DNA of 64,000 nucleotides from Thermoplasmata archaeon (GCA_020348445.1 CP070751.1:2273153-2337152); one strand, 5' to 3'; shown: positions 1-10,057, numbered from the stretch's first letter. Made by a program: numbers and translations. The notes: generated by a model from the letters alone, not told the origin.

Positions 1-1568
1 GCATCCTCGGAATCCAAATCATTCAATTCATTACAAACTTTGACAGTCTCATCGAGTTTACCCTGTAACATCAGGGTTTTTGCCTTTTTAAGGTGAGCAT
101 CCCTTTCCTTGGGTTTGATTTGTAAAATCCTGTCATAGCAGACAATGGCTTCGTCATAGCGATCAAGTTCACACAGAAGTTCGGCTTTTTTATAGAATTT
201 TTCCAAGTCATCTGGATGTGTTATCAGAGCGTTGTCATAGCATCTCAGTGCCTCTTCAAAGCAGGCCTCTGCATCTTCATATCTGCCCAGGTTGTTGAAG
301 ATCTCCCCTCTGAATATCCAGCCCTCATCATAATCTGGGTTGAGTATAAGGGCATTTCCAAGGGATGCCAAGGCCTCTTCGGATCTGTTCATGCTGTTTA
401 ACGCGTCAGCTTTGGCATACCATGCGTGATCGTAGTTGGGATTTATATCAAGTGAGAGCTCTATAAGTTCCAATCCCTTTTCTGCTTGGCCTAATTTGTA
501 AAGAGCATATCCCTTGGCGTAAAGTGCATAATCAAAATCTGGCACGAGTTCAAGGGATTTATCATGATATTCTATCGATTCCGAGTGTCTGCCCATTTTA
601 TCCAGAGCATTGCCTATGTTGTTCCAGGCTATCTCGTAATCGGGATTGACTTCAATGGCTTTTTCGAAGTATGGAATGGACTCATCATATCTTCCCAAAT
701 TGTAAAGTGCATTACCGATATTGTTCCAAAGCACCTCGTCCTGGGAATCGTATTTCAAGGCCTGTCTGTAGCAGAACAGTGCATCCTCGAGCCTGTCCAT
801 ACCATGAAACGTGTAACCCTTGTTGTACCAGGCATGTTTGTAGTTTGGTGACAGTTCTAGGGCATGATCAAAGCAGCGCAACGCCTCCTCCTGGGCACCC
901 AAGATGAACAATGAAAAACCCTTGTTGTTCCAAGCCTCTTCATCTTTTGGATTCAAACTGAGGGCCGTATCATAACATTCGATGGCCTTTTCATATTCTC
1001 CAAGAGAATACAATGCCCGTCCTCTACCTGTCCATGCTCTCTCGAATTCCTTGTCTATTTTCAAAGCCTTATCGTAGCACTCGATGGCCTTAAGCGGTAT
1101 TTCCAAGTCCTCATAAAGTGTCCCCTTCCGAAACCATGCATTTTTATTCTGTGGATTGATCTTCAAGATGGTGTCATAGCATGCCAAGGCGCGTTTGGTC
1201 TTCCCAAGTTGCGCCAAAGCATTTGCCTTATCGTATAGGGCGCTTTTGTATTCGGGATTGATCTCCAGAGCCTTATCGTAAATTTCCACTGCCTCTTCAT
1301 ATTTATTCATATGACTCAGAGCACTGGCCTTGTTATACCATGCTACTTCATACTTTGGATTGGCCTCTATTGCCTTGTTGTAGCATTCAATGGCATCTTC
1401 TCTCTTTCCTATGGCGTCCAATGCCACGCCCTTGTTGTTATAGGCTATCTCATTTTGAGGATCTATTTTTATGGCGCGATCAAAATGCTCTAGGGCTTCC
1501 TCGTATCTATTGAGGTCGCATAATTTGTTGCCTTTGGATAGATGCACATTCAAATCTGGTTTTTCCAA
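1..1568 (-). CDS. Tetratricopeptide-repeat (TPR) protein, 3' end runs off the window (absent from the ORF track)
   Basis: Translated by hand on the minus strand: tandem 34-aa repeats such as AYNNKGVALDAIGKREDAIECYNKAIEANP and AWYNKASALSHMNKYEEAVEIYDKALEINP. The same frame is open at the window edge (KLDETVKVCNELNDLDSEDA). Probable TTG start at 1568 after AGAGGA; start uncertain. Confidence 0.9.
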   Translation of the reverse strand, partial: MEKPDLNVHLSKGNKLCDLNRYEEALEHFDRAIKIDPQNEIAYNNKGVALDAIGKREDAIECYNKAIEANPKYEVAWYNKASALSHMNKYEEAVEIYDKALEINPEYKSALYDKANALAQLGKTKRALACYDTILKINPQNKNAWFRKGTLYEDLEIPLKAIECYDKALKIDKEFERAWTGRGRALYSLGEYEKAIECYDTALSLNPKDEEAWNNKGFSLFILGAQEEALRCFDHALELSPNYKHAWYNKGYTFHGMDRLEDALFCYRQALKYDSQDEVLWNNIGNALYNLGRYDESIPYFEKAIEVNPDYEIAWNNIGNALDKMGRHSESIEYHDKSLELVPDFDYALYAKGYALYKLGQAEKGLELIELSLDINPNYDHAWYAKADALNSMNRSEEALASLGNALILNPDYDEGWIFRGEIFNNLGRYEDAEACFEEALRCYDNALITHPDDLEKFYKKAELLCELDRYDEAIVCYDRILQIKPKERDAHLKKAKTLMLQGKLDETVKVCNELNDLDSED

Positions 1569-1697
1569 GGGGCATTCCTCTGCGGTAGGTAATTGATAGG
1601 CATGAAATAAATAGTTTTCTTCCTTAGTTCATAAGAAGAAGATTATCAGGGCCATATTCCAAACGTTTTAATATCACATGATTCAATAGGGCAGCCG

Positions 1698-2972
1698 ATG
1701 ACTCTGATTTCAGAAGCAAAAAAAGGCCTATCGGATTTGATTTGCGAGGTGGCCAAGCTCGAGGGTGTGGATCCTGAGAAGCTCAGAAAGCAGATTGCTG
1801 ATGGCAGGGTAACGATACCGTATAATCCTATCCATTCCCCGAAACCACTGGCCCTTGGAGAGGGATTGAGCGTTAAGGTCAATGCCAATATCGGCACCTC
1901 ACCTGATCATGCCGATTTGGATGAGGAGATACAAAAGGCCAAGGTGGCCTTGGAATATGGCTCAGATGCCGTAATGGATCTCAGTATCGGCGGTGATTTG
2001 GACCAGATAAGAAGAAAATTGATCGAGGTTGTGGATAAACCTTTTGGCACTGTTCCTATCTATCAAGCCGGTATCGAGGCTGCAAAAAAGAGTGCGGTCG
2101 TGGACATGACAGAGGATGACATGTTCAACAGTATTGAAAGGCATGCCAAGGACGGTGTTGATTTTATTGTGGCCCACTGCGGAATCACATTGGAGAGTGT
2201 AAACAGGCTGAAGAATCAGAAGAGGATAGTGGATTTGGTTTCCCGCGGAGGTTCTTTTCACACAGCGTGGATTCTCCACAATCAAAAGGAGAACCCGATC
2301 TACGAGAATTACGATTATCTTTTAGAGATGGCCCAGAAATACGATCTTACACTCAGTCTTGGGGACGGGATGAGATCAGGCTGCATCTACGATGCAAATG
2401 ACAGGGCAAAAATGCAGGAACTTTTGATAATAGGGGAGCTTGTGGAAAGAGCCAGGGAAAAGTGTGTATCCACCATAGTGGAAGGCCCAGGCCATGTTCC
2501 CTTGAACATCATCGAGAGCAATATTAAGATCATGAAATCAGCAACAAAGAACGCACCGTACTATGTCTTGGGCCCTCTTGTCACTGACATAGCGCCAGGC
2601 TACGATCATATAGTGGGTGCAATTGGCGGGGCCATAGCAGGATACGCAGGTGCAGATTTCTTGTGCTATGTCACTCCCTCTGAGCATTTATCTTTGCCAA
2701 CTGTGGAGGATGTGAAGGAAGGGGTGATCGCAGCCAGAATAGCGGCCCACAGCGCTGATCTGGCAAGAGGCTTGGGCTGGGATATAGACATTGAAATGGC
2801 CAAGGCAAGAAGGGACTTGGACTGGGAAAAGATGTTCAAGTTGGTCATCGATCCCGAGAAGGCACGAGGTTACAGGGACCAAAGAAAACCAACTTCTGAG
2901 GAGTTCTGCTCCATGTGCGGGGATCTGTGCGCAATAAAATTACCAAAAAAATATTTGAGAGGGGAGGATTGA
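1698..2972 (+). CDS. thiC: Phosphomethylpyrimidine synthase ThiC (radical SAM), short archaeal type
   Basis: KVNANIGTS, VMDLS, GTVPIYQA, SRGGS, LSLGDGMRSG, EGPGHVP, LGPLVTDIAPGYDH, LCYVTPSEHL and the C-terminal CSMCGDLC cluster motif. BzaA/B/F paralogy cannot be excluded without a tree. Confidence 0.9.
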   Translation: MTLISEAKKGLSDLICEVAKLEGVDPEKLRKQIADGRVTIPYNPIHSPKPLALGEGLSVKVNANIGTSPDHADLDEEIQKAKVALEYGSDAVMDLSIGGDLDQIRRKLIEVVDKPFGTVPIYQAGIEAAKKSAVVDMTEDDMFNSIERHAKDGVDFIVAHCGITLESVNRLKNQKRIVDLVSRGGSFHTAWILHNQKENPIYENYDYLLEMAQKYDLTLSLGDGMRSGCIYDANDRAKMQELLIIGELVERAREKCVSTIVEGPGHVPLNIIESNIKIMKSATKNAPYYVLGPLVTDIAPGYDHIVGAIGGAIAGYAGADFLCYVTPSEHLSLPTVEDVKEGVIAARIAAHSADLARGLGWDIDIEMAKARRDLDWEKMFKLVIDPEKARGYRDQRKPTSEEFCSMCGDLCAIKLPKKYLRGED

Positions 2973-3015
2973 GGAAGAAAACTGTGTTCTTTCCCCTCTG
3001 ATATTGGAAGATTTT

Positions 3016-5415
3016 TTATTCGTATCTCAGGGCATCCCCAGGTTTAAGATGAGTAGCACGCCAAAGGGAAGGCTGTATCACCAACAGGGTCATAACAATG
3101 GTAAGAATCAGTGATATGAAAATGTACTCAACAGGGAATATAAAGGCGATATCAATGTGCATCAATTCATATATCATCTGATTAAGATACATACCAACGA
3201 AGAAGCCCATGGGAACCCCGGCTGCCCAGCCAAATAACGCTATTACCAATCCCTCGGTTCCGAAGACAGAGCGGATGCTCCTTGAACTTGAGCCAAGGCA
3301 ACGAAGCATGCCTATCTCCTTTGTCCTCTCCACCACGTTCATTGTTAGCATGCTGGCAAGCCCTATCATCGTTATGAGCACGATTATGCCTCCCACAGCC
3401 ATCATGAGGTTCATAACCTGCTGGTTGGCCTGTTGGTTCTGCTCCTCCGCAACATAAAGGATGAGATTGTTCACCACAAATCCTCTTTCTAGCATAGTAT
3501 CCTCGATTTCTGTAGCCACCCTGTCTATGGCATCGTGGGACGAGGATTCTGTAACAAAAGCAAATCCTGTGACCTCATCCCCCATCATGAGCTTGTTCTG
3601 GAGGGTCGAAATGGGAATAAAGCATGACATACCATTGTTCATAAGGACCGAGGAAAGACCAATGACCTCAAAGGAAAAGGTCCCGGTGGCCATCTGAACC
3701 TCTATATTATCACCTACCCTGATATCATGAATATCGGCCAAGGTCTTACTAAGTACTATCACGGATACATTGCTCTGCTCATCAAACTCATTATACCATC
3801 GCCCCTTATCCAGGGTTCTTTTATAGTCGTAAGCCACCGTATTATAGGTATAGCCAAAGACGGTAAGGGTATCATCTTTGAACATTACCTCTGTTACCAC
3901 AAGAGGTTCTGCGGTCTTTATTCCATCAATATCCAAGAGGACATATTGAAGGTCCTCATAAAGGGGCCTTCCCCCCTCTGGGGATCCTGTTGATATGATA
4001 TCGCTTGTCAAGTATTCGAATTCCTGGCTTACTGCTGCCTGTATGGAGAGCCCAGTGGATATAATGGCCAAAAACATGCCGACTGCAAGCGTTATCTGTA
4101 GTATAGTGGATAATGAACGCCCCTTCTTTCTTGCCATGTTTCGAAGACCCATCTGGGCACTGCGGGGAAGACCCTTCATCTTCATGAGCGCTAGATCGAA
4201 TCTTGATTTGCCATAGTTGGCTTGTATGCCGTGGTTCTCCATACCTTCCCTTGCTGTCATGCGAAGAGTCTTTATCAAAGCTGGGAATGTGGAGAGCAAT
4301 GTAAGACCCAAGCCCACTGCCATGCTTGCGAATACTACAGGAAGGTAAACGCCAAAACCTGGGGTGATTCCGAAGAAGGTATCTGCCAAAAACGATACCA
4401 TGAGATGTGACATATATATCCCCAAAATCCCACCTAGAAGGGAGCCAGTTCCTCCCATGATAAGTACTGTTTGAGTGTATGATCTCAGCACCTGAAATTT
4501 TGTCGCACCCACTGCCTTTAGCTGCCCTATCTCCTTTTTCTGCTCTGTGATCATTGTGTGCATGGTGTTGGAGATTAGGAATACAGAGCAAAAGAGGATC
4601 ATGAGGGTGAGTATGACAAAGAAGCTCGACATGTTAGAGAATTGTTGTTCCCCGGGCCAGTCGCCATTAAGCCTGACATCGGGAATCTCTGTAAACGATA
4701 CAAACTCGGTGTGCGCAAGAAGATACGCTTGAATATCCTCCACTGCTTTATCTGCATCCTCCTGTGTATTCTTCTCTAAATCAAAGCTGATGATGTTAAA
4801 ACCTGACGAGTTGGATAGCATATGAACAGTTTCCATATCAGCATAGAAAACCGCGAGGCCGAACATGGGGTAATCAGAGTAGAGAAGCGAATGGCCTGTC
4901 CCTGAAATTACCAGTCCCTGGACATTTCCTTCGAAATCGTAGACTTTTACTGTATTCCCTACTCCTCCTTGATAGAGGTTTACTCTCTTCATGTTCCTGT
5001 CCGCAAGAAGCTCCATATAGCCAGGTGCCTCTCCAGAATCCTTTGCAACTATGTCAACATTCTGCTGTGAAAAATTCTGGATTCCAATTATTATGACATC
5101 ATTTCGCCGCTCTCCAATGTACATCCTTGTGTAAAAAACTGATCTACCTTCCACGGCATTGACATTGTCCAGGTCATTGAGATCCTTTTGCTGTGAATCA
5201 TTTAAAACCAAATCCGAAATCCAGATCCGAACATCGTACATGTTGCTGTCCTCAACCTCCTTTTCCATGGCTTCGTCCATGAGAGGCACAACCGAAAACA
5301 GGCCCAAAGCAGCAACTGCCAGCGTGATGGTGAGCACTGTGAATACTGTCCTGGCCTTTCTTTTTCCAAGATCTCTAAAAGACTTTTTCCCAAGGGCAGA
5401 TACCATAGTAATCAC
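3016..5415 (-). CDS. ABC transporter permease, MacB/FtsX family with two periplasmic-type core + FtsX units
   Basis: Two FtsX signatures (ITEQKKEIGQLKAVGA; VVERTKEIGMLRCLGS), C-terminal LKPGDALRYE, 8-TM layout; 2-nt gap from the ATPase gene upstream. Start GTG 5415 or ATG 5406. Confidence 0.9.
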   Translation of the reverse strand: MITMVSALGKKSFRDLGKRKARTVFTVLTITLAVAALGLFSVVPLMDEAMEKEVEDSNMYDVRIWISDLVLNDSQQKDLNDLDNVNAVEGRSVFYTRMYIGERRNDVIIIGIQNFSQQNVDIVAKDSGEAPGYMELLADRNMKRVNLYQGGVGNTVKVYDFEGNVQGLVISGTGHSLLYSDYPMFGLAVFYADMETVHMLSNSSGFNIISFDLEKNTQEDADKAVEDIQAYLLAHTEFVSFTEIPDVRLNGDWPGEQQFSNMSSFFVILTLMILFCSVFLISNTMHTMITEQKKEIGQLKAVGATKFQVLRSYTQTVLIMGGTGSLLGGILGIYMSHLMVSFLADTFFGITPGFGVYLPVVFASMAVGLGLTLLSTFPALIKTLRMTAREGMENHGIQANYGKSRFDLALMKMKGLPRSAQMGLRNMARKKGRSLSTILQITLAVGMFLAIISTGLSIQAAVSQEFEYLTSDIISTGSPEGGRPLYEDLQYVLLDIDGIKTAEPLVVTEVMFKDDTLTVFGYTYNTVAYDYKRTLDKGRWYNEFDEQSNVSVIVLSKTLADIHDIRVGDNIEVQMATGTFSFEVIGLSSVLMNNGMSCFIPISTLQNKLMMGDEVTGFAFVTESSSHDAIDRVATEIEDTMLERGFVVNNLILYVAEEQNQQANQQVMNLMMAVGGIIVLITMIGLASMLTMNVVERTKEIGMLRCLGSSSRSIRSVFGTEGLVIALFGWAAGVPMGFFVGMYLNQMIYELMHIDIAFIFPVEYIFISLILTIVMTLLVIQPSLWRATHLKPGDALRYE

Positions 5416-5417
5416 CT

Positions 5418-6092
5418 TTAAGTGTTGACAACCTGCCCATCCAGGATGGTGATTCTCTTGCTAGCCCTTCTTGCCAGTTCCTTGGAGTGGGTTACGAAGA
5501 TTACGGTCTTGCCCTGCTTGTTAAGTTTCTCAAGAAGCTCGAACATCATCTTTTCGGTCTTTGAATCGAGGTTCCCAGTGGGTTCGTCCCCGATTATTAT
5601 CTTGGGATCGTTTGCAAGGGCCCTTGCTATTGCCACCCTCTGCTGCTCCCCACCCGAAAGCTCGCTGGGCAGGTTGTTCAGCTTGTCACCCAAACCCACA
5701 AGCTCGAGGTTCCTTTTGGCTATCTCTCGTCTCCCTTTTACGCTGCCCTTCTTTGCTAGGTCCATGGGTAGCATGGCATTCTCAAGGGCAGTTAATGTTG
5801 GGAACAACTGGAAGAACTGGAAGATGATACCAATGTTCTCCCCGCGCCATTTGGCCAGTTTATCTTCCTTCATGCTGTCTATTCTCTTTCCGTCCACAAT
5901 TACAGCACCCTTTGTTGGTCTGTCTATGCCCGTTATCATGTTCAGCAGGGTGGATTTCCCGCTGCCTGATGGCCCCACAATGGCGATAAGGCCCCCGTTG
6001 TCCATGACCAGATTGATGTTCTTCAGTGCCTGAAATTCTGTTTTCCCAGAGTTGTATACCTTATCAAGATCTCTCAATTCGATATTTACCAT
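5418..6092 (-). CDS. ABC transporter ATP-binding protein (LolD/MacB-like)
   Basis: Walker A GPSGSGKST, signature LSGGEQQRVAIARAL, Walker B IIIGDEPTGNLD, H-loop VTH. Confidence 0.95.
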   Translation of the reverse strand: MVNIELRDLDKVYNSGKTEFQALKNINLVMDNGGLIAIVGPSGSGKSTLLNMITGIDRPTKGAVIVDGKRIDSMKEDKLAKWRGENIGIIFQFFQLFPTLTALENAMLPMDLAKKGSVKGRREIAKRNLELVGLGDKLNNLPSELSGGEQQRVAIARALANDPKIIIGDEPTGNLDSKTEKMMFELLEKLNKQGKTVIFVTHSKELARRASKRITILDGQVVNT

Positions 6093-6202
6093 GTTTTTAC
6101 CTCCTATATTATCCGATACATTTTACGGCGTTTACACTAATTCTTGCCTATTTTTCACAACTTTTTTCTATACTGGCTTAGTTTTTAAAAAGCTCAGATT
6201 CC

Positions 6203-7036
6203 TTATCCCCTCCTTGGCTCATGTGGGGGATTGTACTGGGAACTTCCATTGAACTCGTTCTTTGAGAGCACCAGTATGAAGATAGCGATCAGTGCGAACA
6301 GTGTCCCCAATATGGTAAACAATCCTAGGATCGCACCTGTCATTGCAATTCCCCAACCAGTTCTTCTGAATGCCTGCAGTGCACCGATTAATGCTATTAT
6401 GGAAAATAATACAATTAGAACTCCGCAGACGATAGTCACGCTCCTGATAAGATCCCAGGGAGGATAGCTGCCTTTTTCCACCACTCCAGAACCAGTATCC
6501 ATTGTAAAAGAGTATTCATTTGAAAAGTCCTCTTCTTTATCCCGGGAATGACGTGATGGATCGATAAATGTCTTGTAAATAATTGTTATGTACCCTTCCT
6601 TCTCAACCATGATCTTCCGATTTCCCGAGGGTACGTTACAGAGTATATAGTTACCATCGGAATCTGTCTTTGTGCTTAGGGGTTCTCCTACAATGGATAT
6701 ATTTACCCCGGCAATGGGAGTTCCATTTTTTGCCACAACAGTTCCTGTGATATCACCGTTTTGTTCCTGGCCAAAGAAGGTAAATCCCTCTTCCATATCT
6801 CCGAATACAAATCCAAAACTCAAAAGGGCCATACCCCCTACTATACCAAGAATAGCGGTAATAAGTAGCAATGCACCTGCAATAGATGGTTTTGAGGATT
6901 TCCCTTTTACAGGCGGTGGCGGGGGTTCATAGTAATAATGATGATGTATTTCCATTGGTCGTTCATAGGCCGGGGGCTTTTGTGCAGAATCAGGTTTCTC
7001 TTCCATTTTTTCCATCTCCTTTTCATTATTTGTCAT
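6203..7036 (-). CDS. Membrane protein with carboxypeptidase-regulatory-like (prealbumin-fold) extracellular domain and His/Pro-rich N-terminus
   Basis: GDITGTVVAKNGTPIAGVNISIVG...TDSDGNYILCNVPSG.RKIMVEKEGY flanked by hydrophobic helices. ATG at 7036 follows the RBS GAGGTGA, which overlaps the pspC stop. Confidence 0.7.
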   Translation of the reverse strand: MTNNEKEMEKMEEKPDSAQKPPAYERPMEIHHHYYYEPPPPPVKGKSSKPSIAGALLLITAILGIVGGMALLSFGFVFGDMEEGFTFFGQEQNGDITGTVVAKNGTPIAGVNISIVGEPLSTKTDSDGNYILCNVPSGNRKIMVEKEGYITIIYKTFIDPSRHSRDKEEDFSNEYSFTMDTGSGVVEKGSYPPWDLIRSVTIVCGVLIVLFSIIALIGALQAFRRTGWGIAMTGAILGLFTILGTLFALIAIFILVLSKNEFNGSSQYNPPHEPRRG

Positions 7037-7041
7037 ATTTC

Positions 7042-7410
7042 TCACCTCGGTGGTTTAAAATGGTGGTGATAATGTATTGCCCCTGGGCTGTATGTAGTAG
7101 AAACTTGTTGCTGTGGATAATAATAGCTTGGGTACTTATCCACGAATATCCACAATACCAGGTACACGATCACACCTATTCCTACGCTCAGTATGGTCAC
7201 AACAATCCAAAGAAGTCTTACTAATGTGGGATCCATATTAAAATGACCTGCAAGACCCCCGCATACTCCGGCAATCCACTTGTCACTTGTAGATCTGTAT
7301 AGTTTCCTTGGTGGATGATAGTGGTGCTGTATTTGATGTGGGGGTTGGTGGGAATCCCCATAATCACCAGTGTTCGCCTCATTTATGGGTTTTGTTTTGG
7401 GTTCTGTCAT
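7042..7410 (-). CDS. pspC: PspC-domain protein
   Basis: KLYRSTSDKWIAGVCGGLAGHFNMDPTLVRLLWIVVTILSVGIGVIVYLVLWIFV matches the PspC signature. Confidence 0.85.
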   Translation of the reverse strand: MTEPKTKPINEANTGDYGDSHQPPHQIQHHYHPPRKLYRSTSDKWIAGVCGGLAGHFNMDPTLVRLLWIVVTILSVGIGVIVYLVLWIFVDKYPSYYYPQQQVSTTYSPGAIHYHHHFKPPR

Positions 7411-7553
7411 GCCGCATCACCTTTTTTTCTTGTGATACGATTATCTAAATCAGAATATATATAAGGCAAAGAAAAACAGTTCCTAAATAAACTTTAGTAA
7501 GAATCTTCCGATAACTTTTATATATGAGAAGTTTTACCTTTTCAGGTGCTTAG

Positions 7554-8828
7554 ATGAAATCAGAGGACTCTGGCCGATCATTTTTATTATCTCGTGCTGT
7601 TGAGGAGCCGTTGGAAGCCACATTTGAATTGGGAGAGAATATAAAGGATATCTCATATAAACAAAAAAGGCCCGTTGTCCTGGGGATTTTAGGTCATATA
7701 ATCTTTTTGATATTTTTGGTACCTAGCATATACTATATCGTTTCTCTCATTGTTGATGGATTTCGCGGACGAGCCGAACTCACAACAGGATTGATCTTGG
7801 GTTCCTTGGTTTTTGGGCTGATACTCATATTTTTGATATCGATTACAGCAACGTCTATTATCTATCTCGTTCAAATTTATAAGTTCAATACCTTCCTTCG
7901 GAAGCGTTATTCTTTGATTGCGGGTCTTTCCACAGCAGAAACAAAGAAAGAGATCCCAGAAAAAGAGGAACCAAAGAAAAAGACCAAAGGCGAGGGTAAA
8001 TATCTAAAAAATCCTATATTTGCAATGCTGGACTTGGTCGAGGAATCCATGCATGAACTGCCTCAGATAGTCAACCTCATAAGATATTGTACATACTTCA
8101 TAATGGTCACAACATTATTTTTAATAATTACCATTTTTTTCAAAATGACCATGGATATTGAGATGTTTTTCTTAACAAGTTACTGGGAGCTAATTCTCGG
8201 AGCAATCGCTGTTGTATTGTTCCTTCCGGCTCTCAAATTACTGCTTGATTCTGAGATGCAATTTCGGTTCCTTGAGATTCGGCATAACATAATCGATGGT
8301 GTTAGGTTTGAAGAGGATATCACCGTGCCCGAGGGTGAAGATTCACTGAAAAGGCTCATTGCCTACTTGACTGAATCCGATCCTTACATAAAGAGTTCAG
8401 TTTTAGTAAATAAGGCGAAATTTCGTGAAGATGTGGTTCTTGAGGGTGAATCTGGCAAAGAATATCGATTTGATGCGTACTTTTCAGATTTCAACATTTT
8501 AAAGGAACAATCCATCAGTCTGGGTATGCCAATGGGAGGTTACGCGGTTTTCATCAAGGTGTTTTCTGAAGATATTGCCCTAAATAAGCTTAAAAAGCTC
8601 CGCAAATCTGTAACAGATGTTTGCGAAAAGGAGGATACTTTCCCGTTGAGAATAATCGCCCTTCAAAAGAAGATAAAGGAACTTCCAGATGATGTGTACG
8701 AATATGTGCTTGAGAATCCGGTGATATTAAAACGTACACCGACACACATCCAAATCGCTGCCGAGGATGAAAAGGTATATTCGTTCATACCGATGATATC
8801 TTACGGAAAGGGGGTGGGTAAGCAATAG
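7554..8828 (+). CDS. 4-TM membrane protein with a C-terminal Mrr/PD-(D/E)XK-like domain (possibly degenerate)
   Basis: Two pairs of hydrophobic helices, then a soluble C-domain containing FREDVVLEGESGKEYRFDAY, which resembles the V.G.SG..H.FD motif of Mrr-like restriction-endonuclease folds. Confidence 0.5.
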   Translation: MKSEDSGRSFLLSRAVEEPLEATFELGENIKDISYKQKRPVVLGILGHIIFLIFLVPSIYYIVSLIVDGFRGRAELTTGLILGSLVFGLILIFLISITATSIIYLVQIYKFNTFLRKRYSLIAGLSTAETKKEIPEKEEPKKKTKGEGKYLKNPIFAMLDLVEESMHELPQIVNLIRYCTYFIMVTTLFLIITIFFKMTMDIEMFFLTSYWELILGAIAVVLFLPALKLLLDSEMQFRFLEIRHNIIDGVRFEEDITVPEGEDSLKRLIAYLTESDPYIKSSVLVNKAKFREDVVLEGESGKEYRFDAYFSDFNILKEQSISLGMPMGGYAVFIKVFSEDIALNKLKKLRKSVTDVCEKEDTFPLRIIALQKKIKELPDDVYEYVLENPVILKRTPTHIQIAAEDEKVYSFIPMISYGKGVGKQ

Positions 8829-8877
8829 TAGCTTTCTTCTTACATCTTTTGAACTGAAATTAAAAGTGTGGTTCGTC

Positions 8878-9267
8878 ATGGCCAAGAAGTACAAGAGCTG
8901 GGAGCTTTACATGTGTCTTGCACTGAACAGGCTCGTCATGGAACTGGATCTGGACCTCTACCAGGATGGGCTAGAGGAAAAGCTCGATGAGATCTTGGCC
9001 CAAAGGGATGTCAAATTGCCAAAATCAGAGATATCGTACGAGATAAAGTCCAACTACCAGATGACGAACAAGATATTGAACAAATTGAAGGAAATGGGCC
9101 TAATCGATATAGAATTCGAGGATCCAATTTATAGTATCACCATTACGAAAAAGGGTGTGTTGTATATCCGTAAACACAACGAATTTTATATTTCGATGTA
9201 CGAGGATATTATCCGTGACCACTACAAATACCGGCAGATTCCCGCGTGGTTCAGGACAAAGGGATAA
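8878..9267 (+). CDS. Winged-helix DNA-binding-like protein
   Basis: LPKSEISYEIKSNYQMTNKILNKLKEMGLIDIEFEDPIYSITITKKG: HTH, wing and the typical ITxKG ending. Confidence 0.6.
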   Translation: MAKKYKSWELYMCLALNRLVMELDLDLYQDGLEEKLDEILAQRDVKLPKSEISYEIKSNYQMTNKILNKLKEMGLIDIEFEDPIYSITITKKGVLYIRKHNEFYISMYEDIIRDHYKYRQIPAWFRTKG

Positions 9268-9312
9268 AGAACTGAAGGATTATTGTTCATCATGTTTTTA
9301 AATAAAATGAAC

Positions 9313-9981
9313 TTACTTAATAGCGTAGAAGTTTTCAAAGAAACATTGGGATATATCCGAATCCTCAACCTCTGAGATCGCTTCATCCAATTTCATTTTC
9401 AATTGGGGGAACATCTTCTTGAGATCCATTAAATATTTTTTTCCAGATTCTATATCGATTTCAGGATGGAATTGCACTCCCCATACTGGTGCGTTCTTGA
9501 TTTGAAATGCCTGAACATTGCATTGTTCCGAGGAAGCCAGAATATTAAAATCATCAGAAAGGTTACAAGCTTCATCAAAGTGTGAATTGAAAACAAGAAA
9601 ATCTCCTTCTAATCGTTTAAAAAGGGGATTACCCTTTGTGAGGCACACTAGCTTCCAACCGATCTCGGGAGTTTTTGACTTTCGGACACCTTTGAGCCCC
9701 AGCAATGCCCGTGCAATCAGCTGATGTCCAAAACAGATTCCCAATGTCGGGATATTTTTATCGATAATTTCTCGTACCAATTCCATTTCTTTTTCGATCC
9801 ACTTTCTATCGTTTAAAATGGATTCTTCGGAGCCCGAAAGAATGATATGATCATATTTATCGAGATCTTTAGGGAATTTTCGTTTAGAGGCCTCGAATAT
9901 TTCCAAATCTTCCTGATAATATTTTGAGAAATATTCTGAATATTTTTTATTTATGAAGTTATCTAAAACCAATGTTGTCAT
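9313..9981 (-). CDS. Stand-alone type 1 glutamine amidotransferase (GMP-synthase-like GATase)
   Basis: IILSGS, nucleophile elbow LGICFGHQL, SHFD and QFHPE; Cys-His-Glu triad intact. Confidence 0.9.
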   Translation of the reverse strand: MTTLVLDNFINKKYSEYFSKYYQEDLEIFEASKRKFPKDLDKYDHIILSGSEESILNDRKWIEKEMELVREIIDKNIPTLGICFGHQLIARALLGLKGVRKSKTPEIGWKLVCLTKGNPLFKRLEGDFLVFNSHFDEACNLSDDFNILASSEQCNVQAFQIKNAPVWGVQFHPEIDIESGKKYLMDLKKMFPQLKMKLDEAISEVEDSDISQCFFENFYAIK

Positions 9982-10057
9982 GCCCCCTACACAAGAATAT
10001 GATTATTAAAATATTTCTTTATCACAGCTGAAAGTTAAAAATGGTTTATACGTTTCC

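Noticed and set aside
1569-1697. TPP riboswitch upstream of thiC
   Set aside because: The short AT-rich divergent spacer lacks the CUGAGA and the GAxCUG..C.G.UAAU.C...CGxAGG core elements.
3956-6033. ORFs 3956..4591 (-) and 5422..6033 (+), about 200 aa each
   Set aside because: Alternate-frame and antisense shadows of the ABC permease and ATPase.
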